Assembly: GCA_022605425.2 (NCBI GenBank)
Contig: CM061249.1
Span: forward strand, 682,001 to 746,000
DNA length: 64,000 nucleotides
From: Hamiltosporidium tvaerminnensis FI-OER-3-3
Taxonomy: Eukaryota > Fungi > Microsporidia
Direction: 5' to 3'
Shown: positions 1 to 11,739 of the stretch, piece by piece
Numbering within the stretch: the first letter of the stretch is position 1
How the letters are laid out: each line of letters opens with the position of its first letter
The notes under the pieces: generated by a model
The model's database searches: none
The model's input: the letters and a program-made list of their open reading frames with translations, nothing else
Told to the model about the DNA's origin: nothing
Made by a program: the position numbers and the translations under genes

Positions 1-585
1 AAGAAGAATATGATAACACTCATTGAAGTAGGAATCACTTCCCAAGATTCACTTCAAATAGTTGAAACTGAAAAACTTAGGAAGTATGACCTGTTAGCCG
101 ATGATTTGGGTCTTATTTATAAGTGTAGTGTTGAGATAATCCCCTATGTGATGACCTGGGACGGTATTGTGACAAAATACCATAAATCTCATCTTAAAAG
201 ACTAGAAATACCCATGAATGTAGAGGCATACATTCAGTCTATAGTACTTAAAAAGACAGTCGAACCAATTTCCTTTGATCGACGAAGAGGACTTGAGTCA
301 GGACTAAATGCCGAAGAGAGCTGGGAGAGAGCGTCAATGGGTGTTATTATGAGAGCAGAGATGCACGAGGAACCAACATCCCCTTTAAAAGAATAGAAGA
401 GAGAGGAAGATGGTGCAAAAAATTTTAAACCAAAAAATAAAGCAACACTTATTTCACAAGGAGGAACCACTTTAGAGGAACCGACCAATAACATAAATGA
501 AGAGCCGGAGTTGGAAGAAGAGACAGTAGTGGTTAAAAAGGTAGAAGAAAACATATAAAAAAAATGGTAAAAATATTTTAACTTA
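1..585 (+). mobile_element. 3' end of RLE-endonuclease non-LTR retrotransposon (R4/Dong-like); premature stop at 394-396, frame continues to TAA at 558
   Basis: ORF 10..396 has LIEVGITSQDSLQIVETEKLRKYDLL, the (RPD)..IEV..EK..KY restriction-like endonuclease motif. The same acidic tail recurs at 35.1, 37.8 and 47.2 kb. Confidence 0.8.
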
Positions 586-1116
586 AAATTTATTAAATAA
601 ATTTAAACCGAGTCGGTATGTTTTTATAGATAATTTTTTAGTTCAAATTATCATATAAAATAAAGGAGGCAATATAAAATGGGAGCGCTTTGAAATACGA
701 CAACTATTTAAAAGCAAAATTATATTTTTAAATCATTTTCTTTTGATAATCAGTATTAAAAATCATCAGCAGCTCAGTTGTATGGACTATTTTGAATCCC
801 TATATCAGACTCCGCAATTCCAGCCACAATTTATTCGACTACATTTGCATTAGATAAAAATAAGATTCTCAAAGTGAATATGATCCCTCTTTGATAAATT
901 TAGTAAAAAGAGTGTTTGAAAATTGTGTAAACAAAAAAATAAAGGCATAAAAAATATTATACTTAGTAATTATTTTTTTCTAAACCAAATTATTCAATAA
1001 TTTATAGCTTAAGACCAAAAATTATTTATCTTATTCATACTGCTTTATATTTCTGAGCCAAACCACACAATAAGCAAAACATGTTATTAAAAAAGTTTTA
1101 GTTTTATTTATAGATC

Positions 1117-1846
1117 TAAAGTGGAGTTTGGATAACCACACAAAAAACTTTCTTTTTGGCAATGAGTGTGTGAAAGTATTGTGAGGTCATTGTTTGGATT
1201 TTTGATGTGAATAAAACCATACGACATCTTAAGTTGTTCTATGGGTGTTTGTATGAGAAATAGAGGTCATCGAAAAGGCGAAACTTTTTCTACAAATTTA
1301 TTTGTAGTTTTTTATATAACCAGATTGCAGACCACAGCTAAACTTGTAGGTAATTTACATGTAAAAGCTTCGAAACCTAGCCTTGCTCACTCGGGTTAGA
1401 AGACTTAGTGCCTGAGAGAAATAAAAATATAAACTATTAAAAGCCGGGAGAGTTAAGTAGCAAGTTATACCTGTTGTTATGACATTGCACTGTCTAGGTG
1501 GACTCCATGTAAGTCTCTGAAATATATCTTGGCGAAAAGTATATTAGGTTCAGAAAGTGTAGAGTAAGTGGGAATGCTGCATGGTCTTGGGGGAGCCCAA
1601 AGGGTCTTCGGCGTCTGATCACACCCCATGCAACGGACATTAAAGCACTTCGGGAAACTGACTCGCCTGTTAATTTGGTTCTACACACCTGGTAGATGAA
1701 AGGCTCTTGAAAGTATGTATCGCAAGGGTTACCGATGGAGTGTTGGCGTAGCTGTTATTTATGTTAAACCTAGAACTGCATTAATGTCATTAAAACAAAT
1801 ATAGCACTTGCCACTATTTTAAAAAGATGTGATACTTTGAATAAAG
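1117..1846 (+). repeat. ~720-bp interspersed non-coding element, copy A (orientation arbitrary)
   Basis: Colinear with copy F: ggcaatgag, gtaggtaat, gaagacttag, aagccgggagag, gttcagaaagtgtagagtaagtggg, tatgttaaacctagaactg, aagatgtgatac. Confidence 0.9.
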
Positions 1847-2747
1847 TCAAATATTAAAAAAATTATAGATCAAATTTTGAGAAGTTTCATATTTTAGTTC
1901 ATTTTATGTGTTCACATAGCATAATAAAATATATTTTAAGAAACTTCGAGTACTGGTAAGAATAGAGGCATACACACAATCAGGGTACTTAAAATCATTA
2001 ATTTGTTTCTTTAATCATTTATAATCTGTTAAATCAAGATCAAATGTCGATAAGAACAGACTTTTATATTTATAGTTAATATAAATTAGTAATACAAAAA
2101 AATACTTAAAGTATTCAATTTTCAAAACACAAATGAATATATATAGCCATAATAAAAGAAACAAAATTGAATCAAATCATTCGTAAAATATATTATTATT
2201 ATAAAAGATAACGCACACTCTAATATTATAACAGCGCGTTAGATTAATATTGTATGCAATAAATTATTTTTATAAATATATTTCTCTTTTCACTTCTTTA
2301 TGCAATCAATATATTATTTTCTACAAAAAAAATTACAACTTACTATCAATAACTAGAAAAATGATCTAATGCATATTTAAAGTTAGTTTTTAAATTTTAA
2401 AAATTATCTTTCAATTTATTAAACTTAATTTTTAATAAATTATATTTCTGATTTTATATCTTTAAACTATTTTTTAGACTATAAACACACAAAATTAATG
2501 TATGCTTATAATTAAAGATCTATTTTACCAAAATTTTTCAGTAGTTTATATAATAGTGCGTATAATCTTATCTTAAGAATTTGTTTAATGTAGTGTATGA
2601 TTTAATAGATTCACTTTATAAATTATAAACAAATACCTTAATACTATTAGACTTTCATATTGTTTAATATCAAATATATCAATATTATAAATTAAATTCA
2701 AAAAAGCCTCCAAAATATATATTTAAACAAACATATAAAATGCATAA

Positions 2748-3317
2748 ATGAAAAATACAAATTATACTTATTTAGATGATTTTATAAACTTAGAATTTAG
2801 AAATTTAGATTCGAGTTTTAATTCATTAGAACTGGAATCAACGGATGATATTTTTCATTTTCAGGAATATTTACTTGATAAGAAAACAATAAACGAGTAT
2901 TATCATTCCGCCATACAATCTTTAAATAATGAAGTATTTTTGCCTACAATTGATACATCTGTATTTAAAGAAACTAGTAAAAGTGTAGTTAATGACACGA
3001 ATAAAAGTGATAAAAAAAATTATTCTCCTAAATTTGTACGGGGAAACGGTATTATGAGAGAGGGTTATTGTGAAGAATGTGATAAGTGGTTTAGACTTAA
3101 GACTAGTAGTTACTGGTATCATATGAATTATAAACATGGTGTGAATTCTAGCGGTCAGAAATATCCACATCCAAATATTCAAAAGAATTGTGGATATTAT
3201 GAGGCTTTATGCGAAAGTTGTCAGAAATGGGTATATTTGGGTAAGAAAAATAATAATAAGTCTATTAATTTCTGTTGGTTTAAACATTGGCAAAAGGATC
3301 ACGATAAACAAATGTAA
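2748..3317 (+). CDS. Rua1_C/DUF4451-like (Meu26-like) Zn-finger transcription regulator
   Basis: YSPKFVRGNGIMREGYCEECDKWFRLKTSSYWYHMNYKHGVNS matches the fungal Y.PRWVRG.G..REGWC..C...LK.S.FWY....HG.S motif. A second CxxC...WFKH follows. Confidence 0.75.
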   Translation: MKNTNYTYLDDFINLEFRNLDSSFNSLELESTDDIFHFQEYLLDKKTINEYYHSAIQSLNNEVFLPTIDTSVFKETSKSVVNDTNKSDKKNYSPKFVRGNGIMREGYCEECDKWFRLKTSSYWYHMNYKHGVNSSGQKYPHPNIQKNCGYYEALCESCQKWVYLGKKNNNKSINFCWFKHWQKDHDKQM

Positions 3318-3547
3318 TAAAATGTAATCATTTAAGTATTTTTTTTAGTTAATAATAGTAGTTTTGAAACACATGTTACGATTTCATAAGTTATAAGGAT
3401 TATATGGAAACTTGTATTTACAAATCTAGTAATATATGATTTTTAAGAAAATATAAAACTAAAATACCTTTCTTTATATTTTTCTTAATTATAAAGTTAA
3501 TTTTTATAACAAAAGAAAATCATTTTTGTGTTAACTAACAATCTACT

Positions 3548-3769
3548 ATCTTATTCCGTTTCTCTTTTGCCTCTAAGTCTCGAGGATAAACAAATGAAAA
3601 TTTTCTATTTGTTTCTTTTAATATGTTAGAACTTGTGATTATAGGAGATCGGCCTATAGATCTAGTGTGGTTTATATCCCAATAAAATGCCAGCAACGAT
3701 CTTCACACCAATTCTAAGCTTTCATTGCTAACTCATAGTTTTTCATGGGATTATCCTCTCTCCACTTTA
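3548..3769 (-). repeat. Second repeat family (R), copy 1; its terminal ~110 bp is an inverted homologue of the 720-bp element head
   Basis: Aligns with 26401-26620 (tcttattcc...atttgtttcttt.aatatgtt...acaccaatt...gattatcctct). The reverse complement of 3658-3769 aligns with 1117-1229. Confidence 0.75.
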
Positions 3770-5776
3770 TAACAATATAATCAAGTAAAGCAAGGAGTTC
3801 TCTGAAGCCGTATACTTTACTAGCCTTTAATTCACATTTGGATTGTTTTTCATCAGTAGTTAAAAGGAACGAACGACCTAATAAAAAATATTTATTTTAT
3901 CTGAAAAATTTCTCGTACCTTTTTTTTTGATTTAAAACTCTCTTTTATTTTTTTAATTTAGCTGTTTTTTATATTCGACCTGGTTTATGTAATTTAAGGC
4001 AATAATTTAATTTCAGTAATTTTATCCATATTTTGAGGTTCCTAAATTTACACATCACTTTGCTTAAAACCTTCTTGCTCGATAAAATGTGTGGGAAATA
4101 TGGTAAAATTGGTTTGTATTTAATCGAATTAAATAATATCTATAGCGCCATTTCATTCTACTTATCAGAAGCTCTTCTTTAATTTTCTAAATCATTTGAA
4201 AATTAAAATGATTCATTTAAGTACTATGGACCAGACTTATTTAAACTAAGGTCTGCTGACATATTTCATCGGTCCGCAGTAGTAATCCTGAGATTATCTG
4301 TATCCATTCCTCACTCCTACAATTTTTTATTGTAGGTAAATATGTTTTTAAGCCAAAAAATGATAAATTCTCGTATATTATACAAAATTACAATTACAGA
4401 TAATTTTTAATATGAATTCATAATCAAGAAAATTTATTTGGGTTTTAGTATTTATTCAAAACATATCATTTGTCTTTTCTATTTATAGCAAAAACCAAAA
4501 TGAAATAAAAAATTAGTGCCATAATTTATCAATAATGAGATTGATGTAGTTGAGATGTTTCACAAATTATTTGTAAGATTTGGTTGTATATATTAGTAGA
4601 AATTATCAAAAGAAGACTTCAAATGCTCATCTGTTAATTTGTATTTGTAAATATATTTTGAGTTTTTATTTTAGAAAATGTTTTTTCGTGTATTAGGTAG
4701 TTTCGAAGCGGAAATAAACTCTAGAGCAAATTTATGAATGTAATTGAATTGTGTGGCTAGAAAGTTCTTATTAAATTTCAGTAATTTATTTGAATATTTT
4801 GTAAAAAAAATATGGTTAATATGCATGTTTATTTTTTTGAACATCTATCTATATGAAACTTTCAAAATTTTATTTAAAACGATATATAATTATCAAGGAA
4901 GAAATTTTTTTAAGTATGTTGACATAAAATTCAATGAGTTCCTGGCTCGCGAGACATTTTTTAGAATTTAATGTACTCGCAAGTCAAAATTTTGGCGACC
5001 CTTGGTATACACTGTATTTTTGTTATATTCTTTCTAATTTTTATAGTTCTATAAGATATTTCTCGTATTATTCAGGTAAATACTATTCTATGTTTTTACA
5101 AAGGAATTATCTTCATGCTTCTTTAAAAAAAAATAAACACATTGGCTAATAGATTATACTTCTTTTACCCTGGAGCATAAGTTATCTTAAGCGAATCTTC
5201 AGCGAAATTTCTAGTTAGTCGTGCGTTATTGCACTTTTAATCTTATTTACAATCAATATGACGAGTCTATTATTCCAAATTTTGATAATGATTTTCATTT
5301 TTGGCGTTGGCTATTTTCAGATACTTTATTTAGTATTTTCATGAATAAGATGGTGCCATATTCGATTCAAAGACTTGACTGCATTTGTATTGAAAAAAGT
5401 TAAGTATACAAAAATCATATATTGTTACGTCTGTTATAATCATATTCAAGGATCTTTTCAAATTTGATTTTCAAATACACTATCTACTTTCTGAAGTTTC
5501 TGTAATTTTTGGACTTTTCTTCTGTGCCAAAAACATATTTATAACTTTGATATGGCAGAATTTAATTATTCACGTAGTTCGATGCTTGTTATTGGGTCAT
5601 TTTAAGCTGTCACCGGCATTTAATAACTCATTATTTCTAGCATTATATAACTTTGAATCGAATTTTATGTTATTATTTTAGTTTGAATCCCATAACAAGC
5701 TTTTTAATGATTTTCCTTGTGATTTCTTTTTTATCCAATATTTAAATTGGATATAATCTTTTATTAATGCAGGGTA

Positions 5777-5822
5777 ACTAACTAACTCCACGGCGCTACG
5801 GCTCTTGGAAAGCTCGGGCCTT
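5777..5822 (-). mobile_element. 46-bp 5'-truncated RTE-type retroelement 3' end with 13-bp TSD
   Basis: TSD ttaatgcagggta at 5764-5776 and 5823-5835. The insert reverse complement is aggcccgagctttccaagagccgtagcgccgtggagttagttagt, with a tandem-repeat tail. Confidence 0.8.
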
Positions 5823-8800
5823 TTAATGCAGGGTATGTTTTGTAAAATTTATATTTATATAGAAAGTTAATCTAACTTTTATTTGATAATTTAATTCGAA
5901 TAGCGATTTCACATTACTTTATTACAAATAGAGTACTATAATATACATAAGTAAGCTATAAGTAACATTTGTTATAGCAATGAGATTATAAAGAGAGTAA
6001 AGTAATACATGGTATGAAAGAATATAATTCTTAATATCTTATCCTTTTTATGAATCAAATTTACAATCATATATAGAATTCAGAGATGAATTGGTTAATA
6101 TTCCGTTAAGTTTAATTAGTTTATTAAAGAAAATAATTTTTATTTTATTTTAAGTAGTATGTATTTAAAATTGTTGTACTTTAAGGATAATTGACGATAA
6201 AACTAATTTTAAAATAGATAGAATAGATGAATACGCTTGAATAGTCTATGTTTTATTTCAGTGGTTACATTTTTATTATTTATTGGATAAAGGCTTAGGT
6301 GGTCGTTTAAATTTTTCTTATAATATAATATATTAAATTATATGAAATGTATTAAAAAAATAGCGAAGCGCTCTACTATATCTAGATCGTTTTTAACTCC
6401 GATAGTAAAATTAGCTTAATATGTTGTGTTTTTAAGCTTTTAATAATTTACGATAAGTTAGGACTAATGGCAAACTATCAGTAAAATATTATAAAAATGG
6501 CAATTAAAGAGTTAACCAATTTTCTTATTCAAAATAAGGTATGAGTAAGAAAGAACACCCGTAAAATATAATAAGAATAAAAAGAAATATCGATATTATA
6601 TTTATATCACCAAACAATTGAAGATGTAAGGCTACAATAAAAAGATGCTTTAAACTTTTATTTGAACATGCAAAATTTTGAGTGTTCAACAAATATCTAT
6701 GAAATATTTAATAAAAAAATGTTTATTTTTCAAAAGTTAATGGAAATAAATATTAACAGAGAAATATCATTTATATAGTTCACTAATGTCTCGACAACGA
6801 CTCACCTCGAAATGTTTAATTGGTTAAAAGACTACAAGACACTAATAAGAGTGCTCTGATTAGGATATGTCTCTTTCTATTTTTTTTATAAACTTATACG
6901 ACGAATAATAGTGAGTAGAACTGAACATAAAACAATTAAAAAGATTCTATTGGTTAAAAAAAAATTTGAAATAAAAATTGTAAAACTTCTTTTAAAGCGT
7001 ATTATTTATCAAGAATAACATAATAAATTTGTTTTTTTGAATTTTCAAACTTTTCAGTTTTAAAAACAAATTACATCACTTGCTTGAGATTTTTTAAAGC
7101 CGTTTACAGTTAGATAAAAAATTTATGATAAGATTGATGCTTTTTTACCATTCTTTGTACAATTTATTTATATTCCCAATAAATGCACAAAACAATTTAG
7201 TTTGAATATCTTCGTGGAACTCTTAATACTTGATCACATTAAAAGATTTTTAATAAAATTGAATATGAATCTATACAATCAATAAATTAAAAAATACGCA
7301 TATCGCAAAAAAAAACCGCACACGAATAAATATCTTCAAGAAAAAAGACTGAATGAATAAAAACAGGTGGAAAGTGCACTAACTAAATATTTAAAGCCGA
7401 GCTGAGGCTCTGAAAAATTGGAAGTAAATATAAAAAAATAAGAGAAATATGGTAAATTAAAAAGAACCTAAGATTTAATGTGAAATGTCAAAAGACGACT
7501 AAAAATGTAATAGGAAAGACAATAAATCATAAGATCAACGAACGTGGCGAGGATTTAAAATCCCATTTGACAAGATTAAGAATCTATAGCTCAGCAGCGA
7601 TGTTTAAGATTATTTTCGGCATTTTTTTTGTATGAATGTAAAGAAAGTTCGTTTCTTCGAGCTTAACCATTAGTTAAATTTAAAAAAAGACACATATTTA
7701 TAAAGTAATTTAAAAATGATATGATGTGCGCAAAACTCTGCTTTAATTTTAAGTCCTGAAAATTCATTTCATTAAATTATTTACCATGAGTTGTAAACAG
7801 CTATATTAAATACGTGTACAAATTATAAAAAATGATGAGTTAAAAGATGTTTTTAATAGAAAAAATAAAAAGTCTCGTATTTGCGTAAATAACTAAAATT
7901 TGAATAAAAAAACATGTTATCACATTTAATTCGATTTAGGAGCCAAGTGATCTAAAATTTTAAATGGTAGCTCAAGACATCTTTCTGTATTTTCTGATTT
8001 TTTTAATAAATAAAATCTAGAATTTCAAATGGCAAATTATAATTATTATTTTCAGCTATTGACTAGATCTTGTGAATCCAAATTGATATCGAATTCATTT
8101 ATTCCAGAAAAATGATTCATCATATTCAATTATACTGTTTAACAAAAATTATTCAACATATTTTTAACTTTTAAATGTAAAATATTGCTCGAAATATCTG
8201 TTTAGCAATTGAAAATTTCTAGATTACATAATAAAATTGTTATATTCACATCTATATCGAAAATAAAATTAAATTATTTAAAGATGAACACATACGTTTT
8301 TAAAAAAATCGTAATTATGTTTTTATAAAAAAACTGCTTTTAACAGCGGCACAACTTTTACGTGTATTCAATTCAAACTATTATTGTAATGTGATATATG
8401 CGATAATTTTATTTTTAAATGATTAATATTCAAAAAAATCTTTTATTGAAAAGATATTATAAAATTCTATAAAGAAACATATGAATATATTTTATTTAAA
8501 ATTTTTTATTTTTCTTTGGATTGCACATATAATCCTTTGTTTACACGTAAGTTAAAAATACTATCATTTTTAAAATCAAAAGTATTTTATTAATTAAATA
8601 TTTGTACGTAAAAATTTAAGATATGATTTATCTAATAAAAAATGGATTTTATTAATACATGTAAGCTCAGAGATATATAGTCATTTGTAATTGTATTTCA
8701 TACTCAAAAAAATAAAATATTTTATTACAATTATGTTTAATATATCTAGAAAATTAAAATTTTTTCAAATTACTTATGAAATAATATTTTTTATTAGAAA

Positions 8801-9878
8801 AAAAGAATCAGTATCTTGTGCATTGATTTATATGAATTATAAAATACTTGTTTATATCATCAAAAGAAAAAAATTTATACAAATCTGCTTAAAAAGAATT
8901 AATAATAGGACTTTAAAATTTTTTAAAAAATATATTTATAAACGAGAATACCAGTTAAAGAAACCATTTAGAAATTAAATTTTATTAAAGAACTATAAAT
9001 TTATCAAGCAACGTTATTAGACTGTTAAGCAATCTTAATGACATTAAACAGTATGAAATTAAAATAACAAAAATGTTTTATCAAAAGCTTAAGTATAATA
9101 AGATGAATTTTATTTATTTATCTTGCGTCAAGCTATAATATTTCAATCGAACTAAAAAGACTGTTATTAAATTATAAATCAACTTATAATAAAATATTTA
9201 AGCAATATTTGTAATTCATACTTCTAAATTTATATTTTTGTTCCATTTGGATATTATAAGATTTAATTTAGTATTTTTTTCTAGTTAAATATATTTAATA
9301 TATCATTTTTACGAAGGAATTATAAATCTGATAAAATTCAATAAAAAAAAATAGATTTCGAATATTATTTTATAACTTGAATAAAAATATACATTAAATA
9401 TAGAATATTAAATTAAATTGTATTTTCTTTGTATTATATTGCATCTATTCTTTAAAATATAATTATTTGAATATTTCAATCATTGTTTCATTTCCATCAT
9501 TAATTTACTTTTTTGTATTATATATTCCTATTCTGAACATTTGATATCATGATTTATTTGAGTTCTAAATAAATCAATAAACTAACAAAAATAATTTATA
9601 TTTTGAATTTTTTTTCATTCTTTTATAATTCTTTTCATTTTATTCTAAATATATCTATTTTAGATTAAATTTTTTTCTTAAAAAACGATTTATTAAGAAA
9701 ATTATAAGTAAACTTAAAGAAAATTTTAATCTCAAATATAAAAATTATAAATAAATAGTAGTAATATCTAGTTTCGTTATATTTCTTAAGATAAATGTAT
9801 AATCTAATATTCTAGATAAAACAAAAATTTTATTTTATTTCTTAAAGATATTTAGCTTAAACGAATTATAAGTAAAAC

Positions 9879-10024
9879 AGTAATTTAAATAAATTAATTT
9901 TTCTATTTTCATACACTTTCTTTATTGAATATATTTGCTGATAAAATATTTTTATCAAAAGTAATTTAAATAAATTAATTTTTCTATTTTTATACACTTC
10001 CTTTATTGAATATCTTTACTGATA
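9879..10024. repeat. ~81-bp-period tandem duplication upstream of the kinase
   Basis: agtaatttaaataaattaatttttctatttt.atacactt.ctttattgaatat at 9879 and 9960. Confidence 0.85.
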
Positions 10025-10080
10025 TTATGGTATTATAACCACATAACGAATTATATAAAAATATAAATAAATCTTATCCC

Positions 10081-10920
10081 ATGTCTCAAGAAATAAAAGA
10101 ATTTGGAGATTACAGTCTTGTGTGTCAACTAGGTGTTGGTAGATTTGGAAGAGTATATGAATATATAGATCGAGTAACAGAAAAAAGAGTGGCAATAAAA
10201 TTTGTATCCAAATATTTAATTAGTTTTGGAAAACCGGATTTTATACCGAATGAGATAAAAGCATATCAATTTTTAGGCAAACACCCAAATATTTTGGAGT
10301 TTTATGGATATACAGAATTGGAAGAAGAAGGAGTTTTTATTTTGGAATATTTTAATGGATATTCGTTACAAAGAGTTTTGTATGAAAGTAGAAATCATAA
10401 TAAACGGCCTGAAGTTACTAATTCACTGTTGAAGGGATATGTGCTACAACTTATAGATGCAGTTAAATTTATACATTCTCATTGTATCTATCACTGTGAC
10501 TTACGGCCAGAAAATGTGCTGGTAAATAATTCCAAAATTAAAATTGTTGATTTTGGTTGTGCTTTGTTCGGCCCGAGTGTTTTTGCTTCGTCGAGACAAA
10601 CTCTTTTTTCAGGATCTGCAAATTTTTTACCGCCAGAAGCACTTTCATTGTCTAAAGATTCAGAATTTCTGGTTTTAAAACCGTGTGTAGATGTCTGGGC
10701 AATTGGCTGTCTTATATTTTATATGTATACAGGAGAGTTACCTTTCAATGGTCTACATTACGAAGAAGCACTTACTCAAGTAAGAAATTTACAGGTTGAT
10801 TTCAAAGGATTGCCTTCATTCATTAAACCAATATGCCAATCTATATTTCAGGCTGATTTCTATAAAAGACCCAATCTTGAAGAACTAGAAGTTATAGTGA
10901 TGGATATGATACCAGAATAG
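10081..10920 (+). CDS. Ser/Thr protein kinase (Aurora/CAMK-like, non-RD)
   Basis: GVGRFG loop, VAIK, HCDLRPEN, DFG, LPPE, DVWAIG. CCC immediately precedes the ATG. Confidence 0.92.
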   Translation: MSQEIKEFGDYSLVCQLGVGRFGRVYEYIDRVTEKRVAIKFVSKYLISFGKPDFIPNEIKAYQFLGKHPNILEFYGYTELEEEGVFILEYFNGYSLQRVLYESRNHNKRPEVTNSLLKGYVLQLIDAVKFIHSHCIYHCDLRPENVLVNNSKIKIVDFGCALFGPSVFASSRQTLFSGSANFLPPEALSLSKDSEFLVLKPCVDVWAIGCLIFYMYTGELPFNGLHYEEALTQVRNLQVDFKGLPSFIKPICQSIFQADFYKRPNLEELEVIVMDMIPE

Positions 10921-11739
10921 TCTTAAGGCTGTAAATAAAGATTTGTCTGTTTTGTTTTATTCTTGTAAACATTTTCTCCTTTGCTTTGTATTTCATTTAA
11001 CATTTATTGAAATACAATTGTTTCTTCCTTCTGTTTATTATGAAATACTCGATTTTCAATTTTTTCTATAATTTATTGCCTAATTTTTTTTATTTATTCG
11101 TTCAACTGCTTTTGAAATTGTCGTTTTTGAATTTTATTGAAATATTTAATGTCTATTTTACTTTTATTAATTATTCTTCCTATTCCTTTTGAATCACGTT
11201 GTCTCCAAATTTGTTTAAATATTTACTATTTAATATCTATTTTAACAATTATAACATATATTTTCAAATACAATATAAATTCTTTGTAAAATCATTTATC
11301 TAAAGTAAATTATATTCCATTACAAATATTATTTATCGAATTATAAATGTTATTCCCTCTATATTATACACTATTAAATCAAGAATATATTACTTATAAG
11401 ATTTTAATAATTTTTGAACTATAAATCTAATTATTTCTTCATCGTTTTTCTGATATTGATATTATAACTGATTTATGTAATTTTTATATGGTTTATTCAA
11501 AATTTTGTAAGAAATCTATAAATTACTTCTAAAATTGTTTTATAAACCTTATCTTGGTTCTCAGATTCTTTTATCCAACTAGTAATTGTCTTAAAGAGTA
11601 TTTTAAAAACTTGGTATATGTCTGTAAACTTTAAATGTTTGAAAACGATAGATAGTATTTTTTTATGAACAAACAGCAAGTGATTAGATAAATTAAACAA
11701 TTTTAAAATAAAAGTATTTATTTTTAATCAAAAAAATAT

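Noticed and set aside
234-554. Antisense or shadow ORFs (234-554, 2922-3182, 12712-12909, 16415-16600, 29512-29916, 31557-31778, 36877-37321, 41071-41892, 43565-44378, 49353-49604, 51590-52265, 56599-58194)
   Set aside because: They overlap better-supported genes or elements on the opposite strand and have no motifs.
3780-5760. Possible decayed gene on the - strand
   Set aside because: Composition is slightly coding-like, but no family motif could be identified.
6361-6386. AGCG-AAG-CGCT hairpin followed by CTAG, resembling a Helitron 3' end
   Set aside because: The stem is only 4 bp, the CTAG is not followed by T, and there is no second copy or 5' end.
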